Assembly: GCA_030704615.1 (NCBI GenBank)
Contig: CM060734.1
Span: 29,016,001-29,080,000 of the forward strand
DNA: 64,000 bases
Direction of reading: 5' to 3'
From: Takakia lepidozioides
Taxonomy: Eukaryota; Plantae; Bryophyta
Shown here: positions 12,387 through 24,980 of the stretch, piece after piece
Numbering within the stretch: the stretch's first letter is position 1
Layout of the letters: every line of letters starts with the position of its first letter
Translations under genes and position numbers: made by a program
The notes under the pieces: generated by a model
Told to the model about the DNA's origin: nothing
Seen by the model: only the letters and a program-made list of their open reading frames with translations
Databases searched by the model: none

Positions 12387-13132
12387 ATGGTCGTGACTGT
12401 CACAAAGCCGTTGTGGGTCACAAAAGGGCACTTCTACTACAAACCTGAATGCGAGAGTATTCATGGGACCTTGTTCGTCCACAGTGCGCTTCCTCGTACA
12501 CTTGCAAAATGCAGCCCTGTGATGGTGCCACCTGCATTCGACGGAGTGGCATTCGACCATCGCAATTGTGAGTACTGGAGATGGGAGATATTATGGTGGA
12601 GTTGGAGTTCAGTGAACCTACACACAAGGTGACGACTTTTCGGGCAGTTCTGTGGGATTCTCTTTGGGTTAGACCCACAACTGGACAACAGTGGATACTT
12701 GTTGTGCGAGATAGACATGGAAGGCAAAATGTTCGTCTGTTCATCATGAGATGTTGTTGTGGGGAGATCTTGAGGTCTTACTACCATTCTTACACCGCAC
12801 CTCCACAGTATTGTCTACCGGATCGGGCTCTTGAGATGCTGACTCACTTTTCCGGGCCCGGGAATACCTTGCTGATACTGAGGGAGAATCGTAACAGGTT
12901 TGTGTTGGATGTATGCGAATATCAGGATGATGTAGAGGAGCTCCCACAAGGCCTGGAGTATCTGCATGTTTTCACGAACCTCATGAATATAGACGTGTTG
13001 TATGTTCATGTGCGCCATCTCCATCCAGATATCGATAATGGTCAATGGACGAATACTTTGCCACTCCTCATTCTGGACCTGTTTTTTGTTGAGTCTGTCG
13101 TTCATGTTGTCGATATCAACACAGCAGGATAG
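12387..13132 (+). pseudogene. Orphan ORF(s), probably one frameshifted gene of unknown function
   Basis: Two overlapping ORFs (12330-12632, 12581-13132) with protein-like composition and no recognised motif. Confidence 0.35.
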
Positions 13133-14329
13133 GCAAATGAATGGAACATTATCGTCAGAAGCTTATTCTTACGGGTGTTTAAAGGGTACATGTCGGGGTG
13201 CTCCTGTAGTTGGAGCTTTCTTGTGGAATCCATTCGGGGAGAATGGTACTTTTGAGAGGAGAGCTGCGAAGACTTGTTCCCTTGGAGAATGATTTATAAA
13301 TGAATTTGGTGACGTATGGATTCGTCCTGTGAATGGCAATTTCCTGGACTATTTTTAGTACTCGATGTGGGATTCATGTGTTGTTCAATGAGGACGGGCA
13401 AGTTCAGCCGTCTTCTGTCATGGGACTTCTTCTCTTTGGCACCAAAATGGCATGTAATAGTAGGCTAGTATCTCCTAGCGTTTGTACTCCTTTGTGTCCG
13501 TTTCCTGACATTCTCTTTGATTTCCAGTCAAAATGGTGAATAACCGCGCCGCAATAGGCCCAGTCGCGTCCCAACACCTCATAAACAAACCCTATTACCG
13601 CGGATGTAGGACTTGTTACCATCAATAACGGCAGATAAATTCTAATTCTGTGGATGCACGCTCATGAAATAGTAAACCTCCTCTGACCCTAGTGGCTCCC
13701 TGACTGGCATAACGCCAACAACGGCAGATCCCATATCATTGGCAACTTCAAGTCCATCCAGTGCTCCGAACCAGAGCGCAGGTGCACCACTCAAGATGAT
13801 CTCAACAACTATGCCGACTGCATACCCAACTCACATGCTATAATATACTACCAAGTCAATCCCGATCTCTTCACCCCTTCCTGCGAATATACAATATACG
13901 TCATCCCTACTGCTCATACAAACCTCAAGCTCTCCGCTCTGCATCCATACAGTCATACCATCCTATACCAGTACACTACACCACTTCACTATTATCTCAC
14001 AACCCTGAATATACTTGGTACTCTCCACATGACCACTACACTTAACCAGAGGCACACTCAAGCCAGACTATGTACTGTTTGTGGGACTGGATTGCTTAAC
14101 CTATGTTTACAGCTGACCAATTTCCTGCCCAGCCCCCTTACAATGGACTGGCAAGACAGCCAAAGGCGTCGAAAGTCTACCGGAATATAAACAGTAAGGT
14201 AATTTGTTGACATGAAGGCAAGAAGGAATACAAACAGGAAGCACTTCCATGATACACTAGTTGTAGGTCACGACTGATTGTTCTGAGCGGGCTGAGTGCT
14301 TAGAGATATCCAACTCTTCTATCTTGGTT

Positions 14330-16230
14330 TCTCTCTTCTTCTCCATCGATGGCTCATAGGAAGAAACTTGCGGTAGTTGGGATACACCATCTTGCGAAGA
14401 TGGCGGGAGCTATGTGCATCAAGATCATCGCCACAATGCAAGCACGCATGGTACCCTTTGGTGCTTAGCCACAAGCAAACAGTTAGTCCTATACACATCC
14501 CGCCACATTAGCCAAGACAAGAAGTTCTCATGTGCATGGCCCATAGTGCCATCTACCCCACTACGGTGCACAAGACTGTCGTCTTGACAAGACTATCCGG
14601 CCTTTGACAAATAAATGTACGCGGGTTCTTCATGGGGAACATAATATACCTGGATAATCATGCATTGTCCAAACCAATATGCCTCTTATCTGAAAAGATT
14701 GTCCGGCCATAGGGTCAAGTGAAGCATCCAATGCCGGGACCCCCCTCCATAGCTCCTTAAGTTCATCAACTAGAGGTCGCAAGTACATGTCCATGTTTGC
14801 CACTTGTTTTTTCCCTATGAGACATTCACATCATTGTTTCAATACTCCACCAATATGCAAATTATACTACATAATGAATTACACGTTTTACTCTATGATT
14901 ATGTCACTCATCAATCTTGCATCCGAATTGCGCCAGAGATCATAAGATCCAAGGGAATAATAAGCATGAAATGGGAACACTCACCTGGTACAATGGCAGC
15001 CAACATGATATGGCATTTTTTTATTGAAAGATATGGAGGGATGTTGTAATTCACCAAGGTCACCGGCCAAGTGGAATGACTACATGACTGGACAGAGTAT
15101 GGGTTGACCCCATCCGAGGAGAAGCCGAGGCGGACATGTCGTGGGTCCTCCAAGAGAAAATGCCACATCTCTTCAGTATGCCTCCATGCTTGTGAATTTT
15201 GTGGCCCGCACACCTTTCCCGGGGGACTCCGATGCGAGGCGTGCCATCTCATCAGTGTTGCCAACTCCGGGCTTCAGTAGTGTGCCTTCAATCGTGGGAT
15301 GAGCGGAAAGTAATGCATTTTCTAGGATGAAATATCCCACGTCCCCCACATATAATCATCCCATTATGACACATAATACAACACCCTTATGTCTTTCCCT
15401 TTATACGGCCTCTCCCTCATTTGGGCGTGAATGGTCAAAACCGAACGTCACTAGTATTACTCACTCCTTCCAAAGCCACAATCAGATCTTGCATGAGTAC
15501 TACTCTCTAAACCCCAAGGAATATACTTGACATGCATTGACAAGATTAAAAAAGAAAATTTCCATGCGAGGGGGAATGGCGCTTATACCTTGCGTGGTAC
15601 TTTTTTCCCTTAGACTTCATCCCGATATCGGTCTTCCTTGCACTTTGGGCACTTGGTGAGACGCGAATCCTCTCCGTAGTATAGGGTTTTATCACATGGA
15701 CATGCATGAAAAATCTTATAGCCCATCCCCACAGAGTCCAACACTTCGCGCGCCTCTTTCCGCGACCGTGGCATCTTGGGTTTCAAGTGTGGAGCAAGGA
15801 TATAGTCTGCAATAGTTCGCATTATGGCAGACATCCCAACATTATTTATGCTAAATCGAACTTGAAGATTGAGCAATAGTAAGATTGTTGAAAGTCGACT
15901 CATTTTCACCCCTTCGTACAAGGGAGTTCTCGCCTCCCTCTCCATGTCATTTGAGGGGCCCATTTCAGGATCAGCGATTGGCCTGGTTTCTTCTCCATGG
16001 GTTGCATCAGCGCCTATATGATGCATTAAAAGATCCTCTATAGCTTACACATCCTCCTGGTTAATTCCATCCTCACTGCTGCTATCAATGTCACTGTCAT
16101 TGTCATCATCGTTTGGTACTTGATCGCCAGTGGGGGCGACGTCTCGCCCACGGCTCCCACCTAATGTACTTGGGTTGTTTTCGGATGGGGTCCCCCAAGA
16201 AAGCACCGGGAAGGGATGGACAAAGTCCTG
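14330..16230 (-). pseudogene. CACTA/En-Spm transposase (Tnp2/TnpD-like), intron-containing, decayed and 3'-truncated
   Basis: PLYEG..., GYKIFHACP..CPKC..RY, HYFPLIPRL, MRWH, RHVRLGFSSDGVNPY..STWPV..YNIPP, DMYLRPLVDELKELW, WTMHDYPG, KGYHAC..C, YRKFLP..HRWR. In-frame stops present. Confidence 0.9.
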
Positions 16231-17409
16231 ATACGAACAAATGAACATACGGGCATATATTATAATGTGTCCTTGCAACCATACAACTTATTATAAGCGA
16301 AATGCAAACAACAACCTTCAATGTGTGCATGCATCAAACATGTCATTCAATAATTACATGTATGTGCGCAACGTCACACATGCAAAGTTTCAAACCCAAA
16401 CAAGATCATTTTCCCCCCCAAGGACGCGTTCACCCTATCAACCAGTTTTTAATGTGAAAGAAAATCCTCTCATGCCATTGCACCCATCAGACGGATGTGG
16501 CTCAAGCTTCATTTTTCCCCACATGTGCTTAAATATGTGTGCAACACATGTGCCTATCCAGCCAAAAAAAAAACATTTGCCTCCCCAACGACGCACTCAC
16601 CCTTGAACCAATTTTGAATTAAATCGAATTTAAAATATTTTTAAATGAATATTTGCATTTAGAAAATATGTGATTTCGGTTTTGAGGGGCGTAATGATTT
16701 TATTTTTTGCTCTATTTTGTTCTGTGACATCAAAGTTTGCACCACTACATCCATGCAAAAAATTGAACAAAAACAAAATGGAAAAAAAATAAGTGTGTTT
16801 CTAGGGTCACTTTTGCAGAACTCTCTATAAAGAATGCATGAAGTTGAAGATAACTCAACTTTGGAGTACAAATGAGAGAACAAAATATGGTTCTGGATCC
16901 AAATAACTTTTGTTTACTCCCAAATTTTTCACACACATTGCATATGCTGTCATTAAGCATATGGCTTGAAAATGGAATAAAAAAAAATCATGTGCAGGCG
17001 AAACGCAATTTTCCGTCTCTACGACACGTAGCTGCGTTCAACACTAGAATGACCCATTGAATGAACTTGGTTCAAGCTCATATTTGGTCCACATGTGCAT
17101 AAGTATGTTCAAATCATATATGCAAAGTTGCAACCCGCACGAGCAACAAGAATAATATTTACATCAATCGATTAATCGGATGTATACAAAGTACATCATG
17201 AGAATATCTACAATGCCCCTCTACGCGATCCCTCTCTCAAAGGAACCCTATTTCTATCATACACATCTCACTCATGCTGTAACCGGAGGTCCCAATCATC
17301 CCGGGAGAACTCGTATGAGGCAAATAGCTCGCTGCCAGCCCTAATAGTCATACTAGCACATGTCATGACAAACATGTGCATCCCCTCACAATATACCGAC
17401 CTCTCCATT

Positions 17410-17645
17410 TTTTTTAAAAACTTTTCTGCCCCCTCTCACCCTTTCTTGTTTTTTCTTTTCTTTTAAGCAGCACAAAAGAGAGGGAGGGAAAGAGAGGGAG
17501 AGAGAGGGAGAGATCAGGAAAAACAAAAACAAAATAAAAAAATAAAAAATGAGGGGGGTGACTGAGCAGCTGCTGCTCAGTCACTCCCCCCCCCCCCACC
17601 CTTTTTTATTTTCTTTGTTGCCCCCTCTGTCTCCCTCTCTCCTGG
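17410..17645. repeat. GTGACTGAGCAGCTGCTGCTCAGTCAC hairpin in poly-G/C and (GA)-rich context
   Basis: Same module recurs at ~20000-20280, ~36160-36610 and ~60640-61480. Confidence 0.7.
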
Positions 17646-17679
17646 GAACCGGCTAGTTGTTAGCAGTGTTGATTTCTTG

Positions 17680-18250
17680 TTTTTTCACCCATATCGGATG
17701 AAGTTTTGACAGAGTTTCATCCACCCTCTATCGGTTTTTCATCCATACCGGATGAGCCACCAGGATGGACACTGAATTACCGTTAGGATGGTTTTTTGGT
17801 TTTTTCATTTCTCTTTTATTGACTCTCATCCATACCAGATGAGTCACCAAGGAATGAAAAATTACCTCTATGAAGGTTGCCAACAACATCCTGTTTTTCA
17901 TCCATACCAGTTGAAAAGCTACCATGATTATAATTTTTCATTCCTCTTTTATTGACTCTTTTATCCATACCGGGTGGTATGATAACGAATGATGAATTAC
18001 CTAGGTGGAGGTAAACTGCTGCCACAGATGATATTCCCTACTTTTCATCATGACAAGTGATCTGTTTATGGATGACGAGTACAGATGATTATGGTCTGGA
18101 ATTGATCTTAACTACCTCTAATTATGATTAATTATGGGGTGAAACCCTAATCCCTACCCTAAAATCTATTTTTAACTCTGCTACGGATGAAATCCGTCAG
18201 GGTAGAAAGATGTTTTTTACTGTTTTTCATCCACGGATGAAAAATCGGGC
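17680..18250. repeat. TTTTTCATCC / GGATGAAA motif cluster (possible subterminal region of an older DNA transposon)
   Basis: Repeated 'tttttcatccatacc'. A similar motif cluster lies at ~35810-36080. Confidence 0.45.
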
Positions 18251-21200
18251 CAAAAAACCCTATGTTGTCTCTCCCGCTGTCAAAAGCACGCGATGTGCTT
18301 CTGAGCTCGCGGGGAGAGTATTATGGCAGACGTGCTTTGGTGGCTGCCCCGTTTTTGGTGTCGTACCCGTGCTGGGCGAGCGCCTACGGATGCGCGAAGG
18401 CGGCGCCTTGTCTCTCTAGCAGCGGGAAACACTGCTGTGAATGCAGTGGCATCTTCCCTCCTCTGGCTTTTAATTTTAGCAGTGGCATTTGTGCTGGGAA
18501 ATCTCTCTCTCTCCCTTATATTGCCTTGCGAGTTTGCCTGCTTTGCTTGATTGCTCATGTGCTTTGTGGGGGCGGCTTGCTGCGGGTGGTGATGGCGCAT
18601 AACCCTCTTCCCCAATCGCTTAAGGTGCCTTTGGAGTTTAGGGATCCTTGTGTTCTTATCTTCTTCTCTTGCTTTTGAGATTCTTAGTTGACATCGATGA
18701 CAAGTGTGAGGGTCTGTGATTCACCTGGGGTTCCACAATCCTCACTAATCCGTTGATTTTGTGGGGGCTTGTGATGGGACCAGGTGAGGATCCTCACTTG
18801 CTTTGAAATTTCTTGAGCATGCAGTTGGGGATATGGGCTGAGGAGACCTATAAGTTATCGCGCCTTGAAGTTGCTGCTGCCTGTAGCCCCGAATTCAACC
18901 CGACTGCTCCTGGTTTGGCATGCTACAGCCTATGTTTTGGCTTTTGTTGTTCTGCCGTCAATGTGGCAGCTCGACTTGTCTGGCCTGTCTCCTGAGGCCT
19001 GCATACAGACCATACCATATCTTTTGATCCTTGACAACAGGGCCTGTGGATTAATGAGCTAGGTTGTAATTTCTTTGGGCCATAGAGGATCTGGTTTTAA
19101 GGGGGCTGCCTTGGCGGGTTTGGGACTCTAAGGACGTGATGGCCTTGAATGTTATGGCAGCAGCCTGATAAGGCACCGACCTGCTCTTTTTCGGGCTTGT
19201 TTATGGTGTGTGATGGATCATAGTGAGGTGTTCTTTGCAAGCTATAGCATGGACCTCTTGGAAGGATGAGGATGGTAAGCTGTAATGGAATCCTACCTAT
19301 AGTTTTGGCCTTGTCATAACATCAGGCCTATGACCTGCAATCTGAGTTTTTTATGAGCCAAAGAGGCTGGATCTCGGTTGTTCAAGTTGCTTGTGTGTAC
19401 AAGTCTTGAAGTTGCAATTTGACAGGCTGAATTCACATTCCTTTGACACCTTGTATGATTACATGTCTCGGGGTGAGTACAAATGGTATGGAATCTATTT
19501 CATCATGCCCAAGTAGGATTGCTTGGAGGCATGTTTTGATTCTGAAAAATTCCAGGCTAGTCCTTAGGCCTTGCTTGATGGATGATAAGGTAGGCTGCTG
19601 CTAATTATTTTGTCATACCCAAGATGTTTGTTTGAAGGGATGTCTTGAATCTTTAATATTGCAGGTTGGTTTCACATACCCAAGATGTTTTGCTCTATGC
19701 ATGTCTTGTTGTAATTGTGATGCCAAGAAAGGGTATGATAGGCTGCAGCAATTTGTTTTTTCAGAACACAAGATGCTTGCTTATATGCTTGTCTTGTTGT
19801 CATGACCTGTACATGAACAAACCCCGCCCTCCCACCCTGTTTTATCAAGAATGATTGGGTGATGTCAATTCATGGGAAGCTATGACAAGAATGAAAATGT
19901 TACATGGTGCCCTGTTTTGGGCTGTTTATGTCTTTAATTGACAGTGACCCTAGTAGGGTCTTGTCCATGTCTTGACATGACATGAATATCTTCCTACTCT
20001 CTCCCTCTCTTTTGTCTCTATCCTTCTCGCTCTCTCTTTTTAACTTTTCTGCCCCGTCTCTCCCTCTCTGGTTTGTTTTGTTTTGTGAACAGAACAAAAG
20101 AGAGGGAGAGAGAGGGAGAGATTAGGAAACCAAAAAATAAATAAATGTGGGGGGGGGGGAGGGGGGAGTGACTGAGCAGGTGCTGCTGCTGCTCAATCAG
20201 TCCCCCACCTTTTTTTTTTCTTTTCTTTGTTGCCCCCTCCCTCTCTCTCCCTCTGTCCCTCTCCCTCACAAACAATATCTGAGAGGTCAGGGACTCATGC
20301 AATTTCCCATCGTGTGGACAACCCGCAAATTATATTCATTTCCTGTTTTGTTTTTTAAGCAGCACAAAAGATAGGGAGAGAGAGGGAAGATACTTTTTGT
20401 CATGTCAAGACAAGGACAGGACCCCTAGGGTCGTTGCATGAAAGAATAATCAGACATATCAGCCACTTAACAGTGGCACCATCCATCAATCATCAAGCTT
20501 AGAAAATCCAGAATTACATCCATGCACAATAATGTGTTCATGTCAGTATTATTCATAACCCAAAGAGTATGCCACTGATGCTGATTGACCACCAGTCATG
20601 ATCAAGATACACATTCAGAGGTCTGGGAGGGATGGCAGGGACTTGGCCATATTTTGGCCTTGATGTGTTGCAGGTCAAATGGTCATACAGATTTACTGTC
20701 CGCAAGCTGTAATCCAAGCATACTTACTCAAACCCCATGGGTGTCATGGAGGGTTTTTTTTCCAAAACAAAAAGAACAAGAAGAACACTTGGACATCACA
20801 GATTTAAATATCTTGCCCTGCCAGTATTTGTTTAGACTGGTCTGCAGCACAGCTTGCCCCCACAGGGGAGGTGGATTTGTTTGGTAAGTTTTCCAGAATA
20901 CCCCGATACCTTTATTTCTTGCTACAGCTGAAAATCAAAGTTCGTGACCCAACAAGGTAAAGATAAAAGACTGCATACACATCATGTGACAGTATATAAT
21001 ACTGTCAGTACATCCTATTCACATCATTCCACATTTGACCATGTCATTACACCATGTCCAGGGGGTATTTCCACTTGACCACCCTGGCTACCTCAAAAAC
21101 CAGTTACCAGTTATATATTGCTGCCATATTTCATTGTCAGCCGAATATCCACAGGCAGAATCTTCACCATACCCTGGCCTAAGCATCTAGCTAACAAAGC

Positions 21201-21849
21201 CATCCGGGTTGGAACATAACAGGGGCCAACATGGGTACCCGAATAGTTGCAACGAACAGTTCCTTGCAGCCTCTCAAATTGTTTCCAACTACCGTAAGGT
21301 AAGCAAAGCAAACTAGGGCCTGGAAAACAGATGTGTGTCTCTCACACAAGCCATCATAAACCCGGCTGTCACAACAAAGCAGATGTCTTCCATTGGCTGG
21401 GCCGAAAATAGCCCATCGTAGAAAACATTACACTTGTTCTTCAAAAATAAAGGAAGGAAAGAGGTAGGATCAAGAAAAACCATAGAGTAGTTTAGTTTTT
21501 CAACATTTTAAGATGAGTCCCTGGCAAGCGATTCCTTCCCCTGCTTTGCAATCCCACTTGGCATCCAGCAGCACCTAGACATCAGAATATTAAGTAGAAG
21601 CCCTCACCTGCCTAGTTGCAAATTTGGACGTGACGTGGCGTTGACGCGTCAGCGTCATGTCCGACGTCAGCGACGGACGTGCGTCACGTCACGTCCTAAA
21701 CCGACGTTACTATACATAAATATGTTTATTTTTTTACTTTACTATTGACTATTTACTATGAGAACCGACGTGGCAACCGATGTGGCCTTATTACGTGGAC
21801 TTCATTAGTTATCTGTAAAATTCATATATTATGATTTATATTGTCAATC

Positions 21850-22430
21850 GTGCGACCGTCAGCAAAGGTTGGTCGGACAAATTTTTATTTATTTTTAAAT
21901 AGGTGCGACCACCAGAAGGGGGTGGTCGCACAATTTTTCTTATTTTTTAAATGGGTGCGACCACCAGCAGGTGGTGGCCGCAACATTTTATTTATTTTTT
22001 AATAGGTGCGACCACAAGCAGAGGGTGGTCGCACATTTTTATTATTTATTAATTGGGTGCGACCACCAGCAGGTGTTGGTCGTAATTTTTTCTTTTTAAA
22101 AAAATAGGTGCGACCACCAGCAGGTGGTGGTCCCAATTTTTTAAATTTTTTTAAATAGGTGCGACCACCAGTCGAGGATGGTCGCACATTTTTAATTATT
22201 TTTTAAATGGGTGTGACCAGCAGCAGGGAATTGTCGCACCTTTTTAATTATTTTTTAAATAGGTGCGACCAGCAGCAGGGGATGGTCGCACAAATTTAAT
22301 TATTTTTTAAATGGGTACGACCACCAGCCGGTGGTGGTCGCAGACTTTTTCTTTTTTGTTATTAGGTACGACCGTTCATGGGGGGTCGCACATTTTTTTT
22401 TTTTTATTAGGTGCGACCACTCTTTGAATA
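21850..22430. repeat. Left subterminal array of TGCGACCACC(N)GGTGGTCGCA palindromes
   Basis: About 10 copies separated by T-rich spacers, followed by TATA-like GTATATAAG at ~22487. Confidence 0.85.
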
Positions 22431-22783
22431 CGTGGCGAGGCGTGAATAGGCAGCAGAGGCGGTCGCACGTCAGGCCTCTCCAGGCAGTATATAAGGGCCT
22501 ACCCCTCATTCGCAACCCACTTTTTTCCCTCTCTGTGAGTGCGGTTCTGGGGCTTCTTGGAGTTTGAACTTCGGTGGCCAGGACTGAGCGTGGGGGGGAG
22601 AGAAAGTGGATTTGTGTGGGGGAGGAGTTTTTGTCTTTTTTTCCTGGGACTGCGGGAGAGTTTGCTTTGGGTACTATATCAATAGAGGGTGAGGAAATTG
22701 GTCTGCCAGTATATAAGGTTATCAATAGTTTGGGTTTAGTTTTCCGTTACGAAGCCGCGTCTATTCCGCAAAGTACTTTCATC

Positions 22784-24004
22784 ATGTCCGGAAACGTTGT
22801 TTCGAACGCAGTGTCAGGGGGTTCCTCGGGAAGTGGGCGTAAAGGTAGGAAGCGTAAACATGCACATGAACTGGATAGTCAGGTCAACAAGAAAAACTAT
22901 CCAAGCGCAGAGGCCGCGAAGGTGGTGAAGCAAGTAGTGCTGGATTATTTGAAGGACAATGACATAATGCGTTTGAATCTTTTGTATGTCCGACATGGGA
23001 ATGATGGGTTCCTTAGATTCCAGCACAATATGGAGATGAAAATGAGGGAGGCTTTGGCCGGGGATGAATGGGAAGAGGACAGGGCGAAGTTCCAGTTCAC
23101 GAAATGGATGGAGGACCGGGCCCATGATGCCACATGGAATCTGAGGCAAACCATGGACAAGTTTGTTACGAGAACACTTGTAGTTGAAGGTCGCATGCCA
23201 ACTTCGGAGGAGGAATTGTTTGTGCTTGTGGATTAGTGGTCTGACATGGCAAAGGCCCACGCCAAACGACGTACAAAACCACTCCCATGGAAGGCAGGGT
23301 CCTCGTCCGCGGATGCGGCATTGAACGTGAGATACATATCCACAAACGCACAAGTACAAAAACTCGACGCGCCCAAACAGGGAGGGTATGGTACAATTCG
23401 GAGGTTTAGAATTGTTGGGGATCAATTCATTCCTCCATCTTGGGAGCTAGCAAGGAAAACGCCCAGGGAAACAAATGCTGAGCTTGCCAAAGTCCAACAT
23501 AACAATGAGGCGTTGGCTGTAAAGTTCCATCATTTCGGCATCATAAAGTATTTTGCGTTGCATCCACGTCGAAATGAAGGTTACACACATTGGTGGAATG
23601 GGAGGACCATACGATCATGGTTGAGTATTGACAGGAAATGGGGGAATGATCGGGATAACATGGAGTTAATGGAACGACGGGGGACGGAGAAGGAAATGCA
23701 GGAGGTCAACCGACTGGTTCGATTCCGACAAAATCGCACCCAATTGGCATGGGCGCTTTTGCACATCATGCTCAACGTCCATAATCACCACCTCTTGCAC
23801 AACGACATGTCCCCCGACAACATCTTGTTGCATTTTCCACAAGGGTCTGAAGATGTGTACATCGGGGTATGCGATTGGGGGATGGCCTCCACGACGGATG
23901 ACCCAAAAACCACGTTGTACATTTTCGAGAGCAGAGACAAGATGATAAAGACTCTCGCACATAGATGGTGGATTGCACCTGCCACCCCTCAAATTGTAAT
24001 TTGA
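22784..24004 (+). pseudogene. Divergent protein kinase (non-RD, HND) with basic NLS-like N-terminus; premature stop and C-terminal truncation
   Basis: RKGRKRKH, GGYGTIRR (Gly loop), LARK, HNDMSPDNILL, DWGMA, WWIAP. ORFs 22574-23236 and 23246-24004 are in the same frame, separated only by TAG at 23234-23236. Sequence after ~23980 switches to repeats. Confidence 0.8.
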
Positions 24005-24980
24005 GCCCTTAAAATTGTCAATTCCAACCCCTCAAATTGTAATTGAAGCCCCTGAAATTTAATTCCAACCCCTCAATGACTCCATATGCAACGTGCGTGC
24101 CAAATTTGGGAGCGAACAGAGAAGGCATCATGTTCAGAACCCACCACTCATCTCTAAACACTATTTTAATTAATTTTTGACTAAACTTAATATATATTTG
24201 TATTAAAATTAATTGAAATATTAATAATATCATGGTGTAATGTGTGATTGAACTTTGTGAAATTTCAGATGATGTCATACTTGTTTCAAAATGTGTCATA
24301 TAAGAGGTCCATTTGACATTGAAGTGCTCAATGTGAATTAGCAGTATTGAACAATTCATTGAACGTCCACTTGGAAGTCGAATAAAGTAAAATTCCATTG
24401 CAGGATCATGATAAACAAATGGGTCGCATCGAACATGGGCCAAACTCGTACTCTACCATACTCGATACAACTTGCTAGTAATTTTATTGATTCAAGAATC
24501 TTCATATGAAGCACAATGTTCACATACCACGCCATTGGAATGAATCATGTTTTGGATCTAACAAGGCAGTAAAATATTAGAATAGCATGAAACATTCGGA
24601 AGAGGTACAAGAGGAGTACAATAAGGTTTGGGGTGTAATTAGAGAGAAGTGTAATAAGGTTTGGGTTTACAGTAAGGGTAAGGGTTTAGGGTTTGGATTT
24701 AGGGTACAAAAAGACAAACAAATATGATGGACTCACACTCGGTAGAATTAAGAAATGGTTGAGGAATTTGCTATCCCTGTAATCATTCTATCATACCTTA
24801 TCCAACAAAAGAAAATATTAAAATAGCATGAAACATTGAGAAGCGGTAACATGGTAGTACAATAAGGTTTGGAGTGTAACTAGGGTAGTACACTAAAGTT
24901 ATTGGTTTATGGTAAGATTAATGGTTTAGGGGTGATGGTAAAGGTAGGGTTTTCGGTTTGGGTTTAAGAACACTATTGGA

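Noticed and set aside
14031-14045. GAC|CACTACA as the left CACTA end pairing with the 40644 end (GAC TSD)
   Set aside because: Beyond CACT the putative TIRs do not match and there are no subterminal repeats; likely chance.
18250-21600. Possible host gene with small exons
   Set aside because: A few splice-like signals, but no recognisable protein or coherent frame.
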